A stretch of 64,000 nucleotides of DNA, taken from NCBI GenBank assembly GCA_976226885.1, contig OZ320314.1, forward strand, positions 88,164,001 to 88,228,000. The letters run 5' to 3'. Position 1 is the stretch's first letter. Every line of letters begins with the position of its first letter. Both the position numbers and the translations under genes were made by a program. This document shows positions 61,034-64,000 of the stretch, in pieces. The notes under the pieces were generated by a model. That model saw nothing but the letters and a program-made list of their open reading frames with translations. It did no database searches and was not told the DNA's origin. The DNA is from Iphione sp. A-MEVVRFRX5 (Eukaryota).

Positions 61034-64000
61034 GTGAGTGTTGCAGGTGAATGCGAGGTGACATGTTAGTTTGCTTCTAAAATATCACCCATCGTTCTCT
61101 TCTTAGTTGCATTTGCCACAGGCTCCACATAGAAGCTAGTAATACTGCACAGAAATGACGATAAGTCTGCAAGATAGCAGAAATTAGGCCGCAAGGAAAA
61201 AAATCGAGGCAGGTTTCCTGCAGTTCGTTTTTAAAAACCGCTATCGTTGCTGTGCCTAATGAAGAATTTAGTCTCTCTTCGTGGAGGCTGCATTACAGCG
61301 ACCTAAATTATTCATAGCGGAAACAGATGGTGGAGCCCAGGGGGCCGTCTTAGTCAGTCGTCAAACACCAGGTAAAACTGATCCCAATCTCCAGTAGTCG
61401 ACAAAAGGAAAGTTTGACACGCAAGCGTAAATTCTGATATCCACCATACAGTTATTAAAGTACATTTTGAGCCAGACCTTCACTGCATTGTGATTGAGTC
61501 AACTGGAGAAGTAGAGCACAGTCGAGTATAGTTCACAGACACCACTAGACAGCTTTCACAGTAGCCCACTGCTTTCGTAATGCACAAGCACAATACAAAA
61601 CCAGTATTGACCAATGAAAGTTTTTCCTGATGGCAGATAGACCTGCAACTCCTTTGTATAGCACCATGACTGTTAATAAGTGGTATCTGCTAAGGCTGCT
61701 TTCATGTGCTTCCATATTCACTGTAGGAGACATTTGCTTGTGTATTAGTCCATCGAAACTTATTGGAAGCTTTCACATGTGCATGTAGGTATGCAAACAT
61801 ATCCGTTTGTGTTTCTCCAAATCAGTTTGGTATGGGTTCCTATGCAAATGGATGTGTATTCCATAGACTTCTAGTGAATTACATCTGGTTACCTTATGCA
61901 AGTCATTAACTTATGCAATCCACAGGGGTAGTAGCTACGCTGTTAGATTCGTTAGCGTAACTTGTGGATACATGTGGATACATGTGAAACCAGCCTATGT
62001 AATGGCATTTGTTTATTACTTGTATTCCCATGGAACTCAATGAAGAGATTTGAGCAGTTGGTCTTAGTTTACATGATACAATGCAATCGCGGGACAGGCG
62101 CCGCTAGCACAGCTGGCCCGAGGCAGGGTAAGGAGATCCGTCGAATTTGTGGTGGTGAATGGCAGACGAGTGGTGGGATGTAACCTATCGCCCTGTGGGA
62201 CGCCGTGGCTAATCACCCTCGATCCACGCTAGCCAGGGGTCAACAGGTCAGGTAGCACCAGGCCCCCTGCGGCCTCAAGTTCCGCCTACCCTAATGACCT
62301 CTACGGAATGATCAGCATGGGTTTATACGGCTAGAAACAACGGTTCACCGACCTGGGGGTCCAAAGGTTGACCAAGAGCCGTTAACCCTTTTCTCTTCTA
62401 CTCAAGTCATTTATTATTTACCCTGGCTGACCATCGTCTATCCGAGCTGCTTGACACTAACTAAGATGTCTGTGTGTAGCCCTTTTCATCAGTTAACAAA
62501 AGATTCTATTTATAACGAGCGAAAGTCTGATCATGTGCATCGAGTCAGAAGCGTTGTGATGTTCCAAAACGTAAGGAAAGTGACACGCACTAACTTGGTA
62601 TCTACGTTTATAATTCCTGGAGAAATATGCAGTATACAGTGGAGCCTCTATTTCCGACCGCATCTATTTCCAACCATTGTCAATTTAAGACCACCTGAGA
62701 TGGGTACCAAAAGGCTAATTTCTATACATTTGATACTCAATTTCCAACCATTCTTGCTATTCCGACCATTTAAGCTTGGTCCCAAGTGATGGTCAGAAAC
62801 AGAGACTCCACTGTATACGATAATACATTGTCTCTTGAACCGATTTGTTCTGACAGACTGTTAAAACGATGTGAGGCCTTTCTCAGAGCCTACATCTGGC
62901 ATCATCGTAAATATAAATCGATGTATCCTTATTCCCGAATTTCAAAATAATTGCTTTCTTTTCATAGTATTTTTAGTTAAAATTGAACGCGCTTCTCTTC
63001 AGGACGATCTTTTCCGAGATTTCTGCAGATGGGTCGAGTGAAGCGCAGATTGTTTGTCCGTGAGGAACTATAAGAAGAGCTATTGGTATTTAGAGGGAAC
63101 AGTGGTCGGGAAATATGGATGGTTTGTGGCGGGTCTGTAGATGCTGTACACGCTTGATATATCGTTGACTTCTATAGAGAGAGGGGACTCCTCTCGTTGA
63201 CATGGGGAGCCCCTGTCATCTGTAAGACGCGCGACAGAGGGACTAGCTACCTGTAGGCCCTTCTGGTCGGATCAAATAGCGTCTCTATGATGTCAGACCA
63301 TCGCTCTCTTTGAGGTGGAAGCCTGCGGAAGGATGCCTTCCTGCGTTAGTGTGACAAAAATAGCTCTCCTTTTAAATGCGGCAACATATAGCTTGTAGGG
63401 GTGAACTTATACGAAATATATTCCCTGGCTACGATAAGGCATCCCTTTAACACTTGTGACTGGAAGGCCTTCGAACGCTGACTACAACTACGAGCGCGGC
63501 AAGTAGTAAGAGACTCGGGGCCGCATGTGACGGCGGTGTTTACTTCCTTTTCCGTGGTCAAATAAATTGATCGTACCACCACGCCGGCCTGGTCTCTAAG
63601 TGGCCACATGTTCCCTGTATGGGGCCCCCGAGCTATCTTACAAGAGCGAGGTAGTCGCTTCAATGTGCTTGTACGAACTGTGCTTCGTGTGTACATGAGT
63701 CTTCCTCCTGTGTTGGCCACGGACGACTTCACGGCAGTTGATGGTTATCTCCATTGGTCTACTTAATTTTCGGGAATCGCAAAATATCAGATTTAGGGTC
63801 GTTTGCATTCGCATTTCAAACACGCTGACGTGATCCATGTATGTGTAATATTTACATGCATACACGTCTACACTGAAGGCTACAACATCCTAGTACATTT
63901 ACATGTGTAACATGGAAGTCTTTATCTCACATGCTTCTCACCTTTACTTTTTCCTAGGCCCACCTACTTCTTTTTGTCGTATTGTATTGTCGACCACATG

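Noticed and set aside
2733-62410. piggyBac-like ends (AAAGGGTTAA at ~2733; TTAACCCTTT at ~62382)
   Set aside because: They are 60 kb apart, face the wrong way for one element, and no transposase is present.
48662-64000. Expected next RasGAP exon (LR+..PN.DN.RR..N.L.LWI.EAK, C2 domain)
   Set aside because: Searched by eye and not found. It probably lies beyond the window, or possibly in the N gap.

Overview
Eukaryotic, intron-dominated window. It is most consistent with an invertebrate chordate such as amphioxus (inference from GC3-rich small exons in large introns and a strong excess of TACATGTA; not verifiable here). The one firmly identifiable gene is a + strand RasGAP of the SynGAP/DAB2IP/RASAL2 (nGAP, fly raskol) family. 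Four spliceable exons (31650-31762, 43253-43350, 46000-46203, 48440-48661) join in frame and encode the N-terminus and split PH domain (…SFFSKK…[12 protein letters not shown]…SRSHESLL…[17 protein letters not shown]…[13 protein letters not shown]). I found no C2 or GAP exons, so the gene continues past the right edge. The introns hold about ten short ATG-initiated ORFs ending at GT donors in the phase needed by the next real exon (candidate alternative first exons), a strong recursive-splice/RS-exon candidate at 9995/9996, and possible micro-exons that would create a stop after the PH exon. On the - strand there is a probable first exon of a divergent neighbour gene (~960-1150), decayed PDZ-like (6508-7231) and T1/BTB-like (~3532-3640) coding remnants, a 177-codon Met-less frame with a polyA signature (46800-47723), and a splice-bounded non-coding antisense exon (56113-56466). 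I recognised no tRNA, rRNA, CRISPR array or intact transposon. An assembly gap lies at 55668-55805. Everything except the four RasGAP exons is hypothesis-level.
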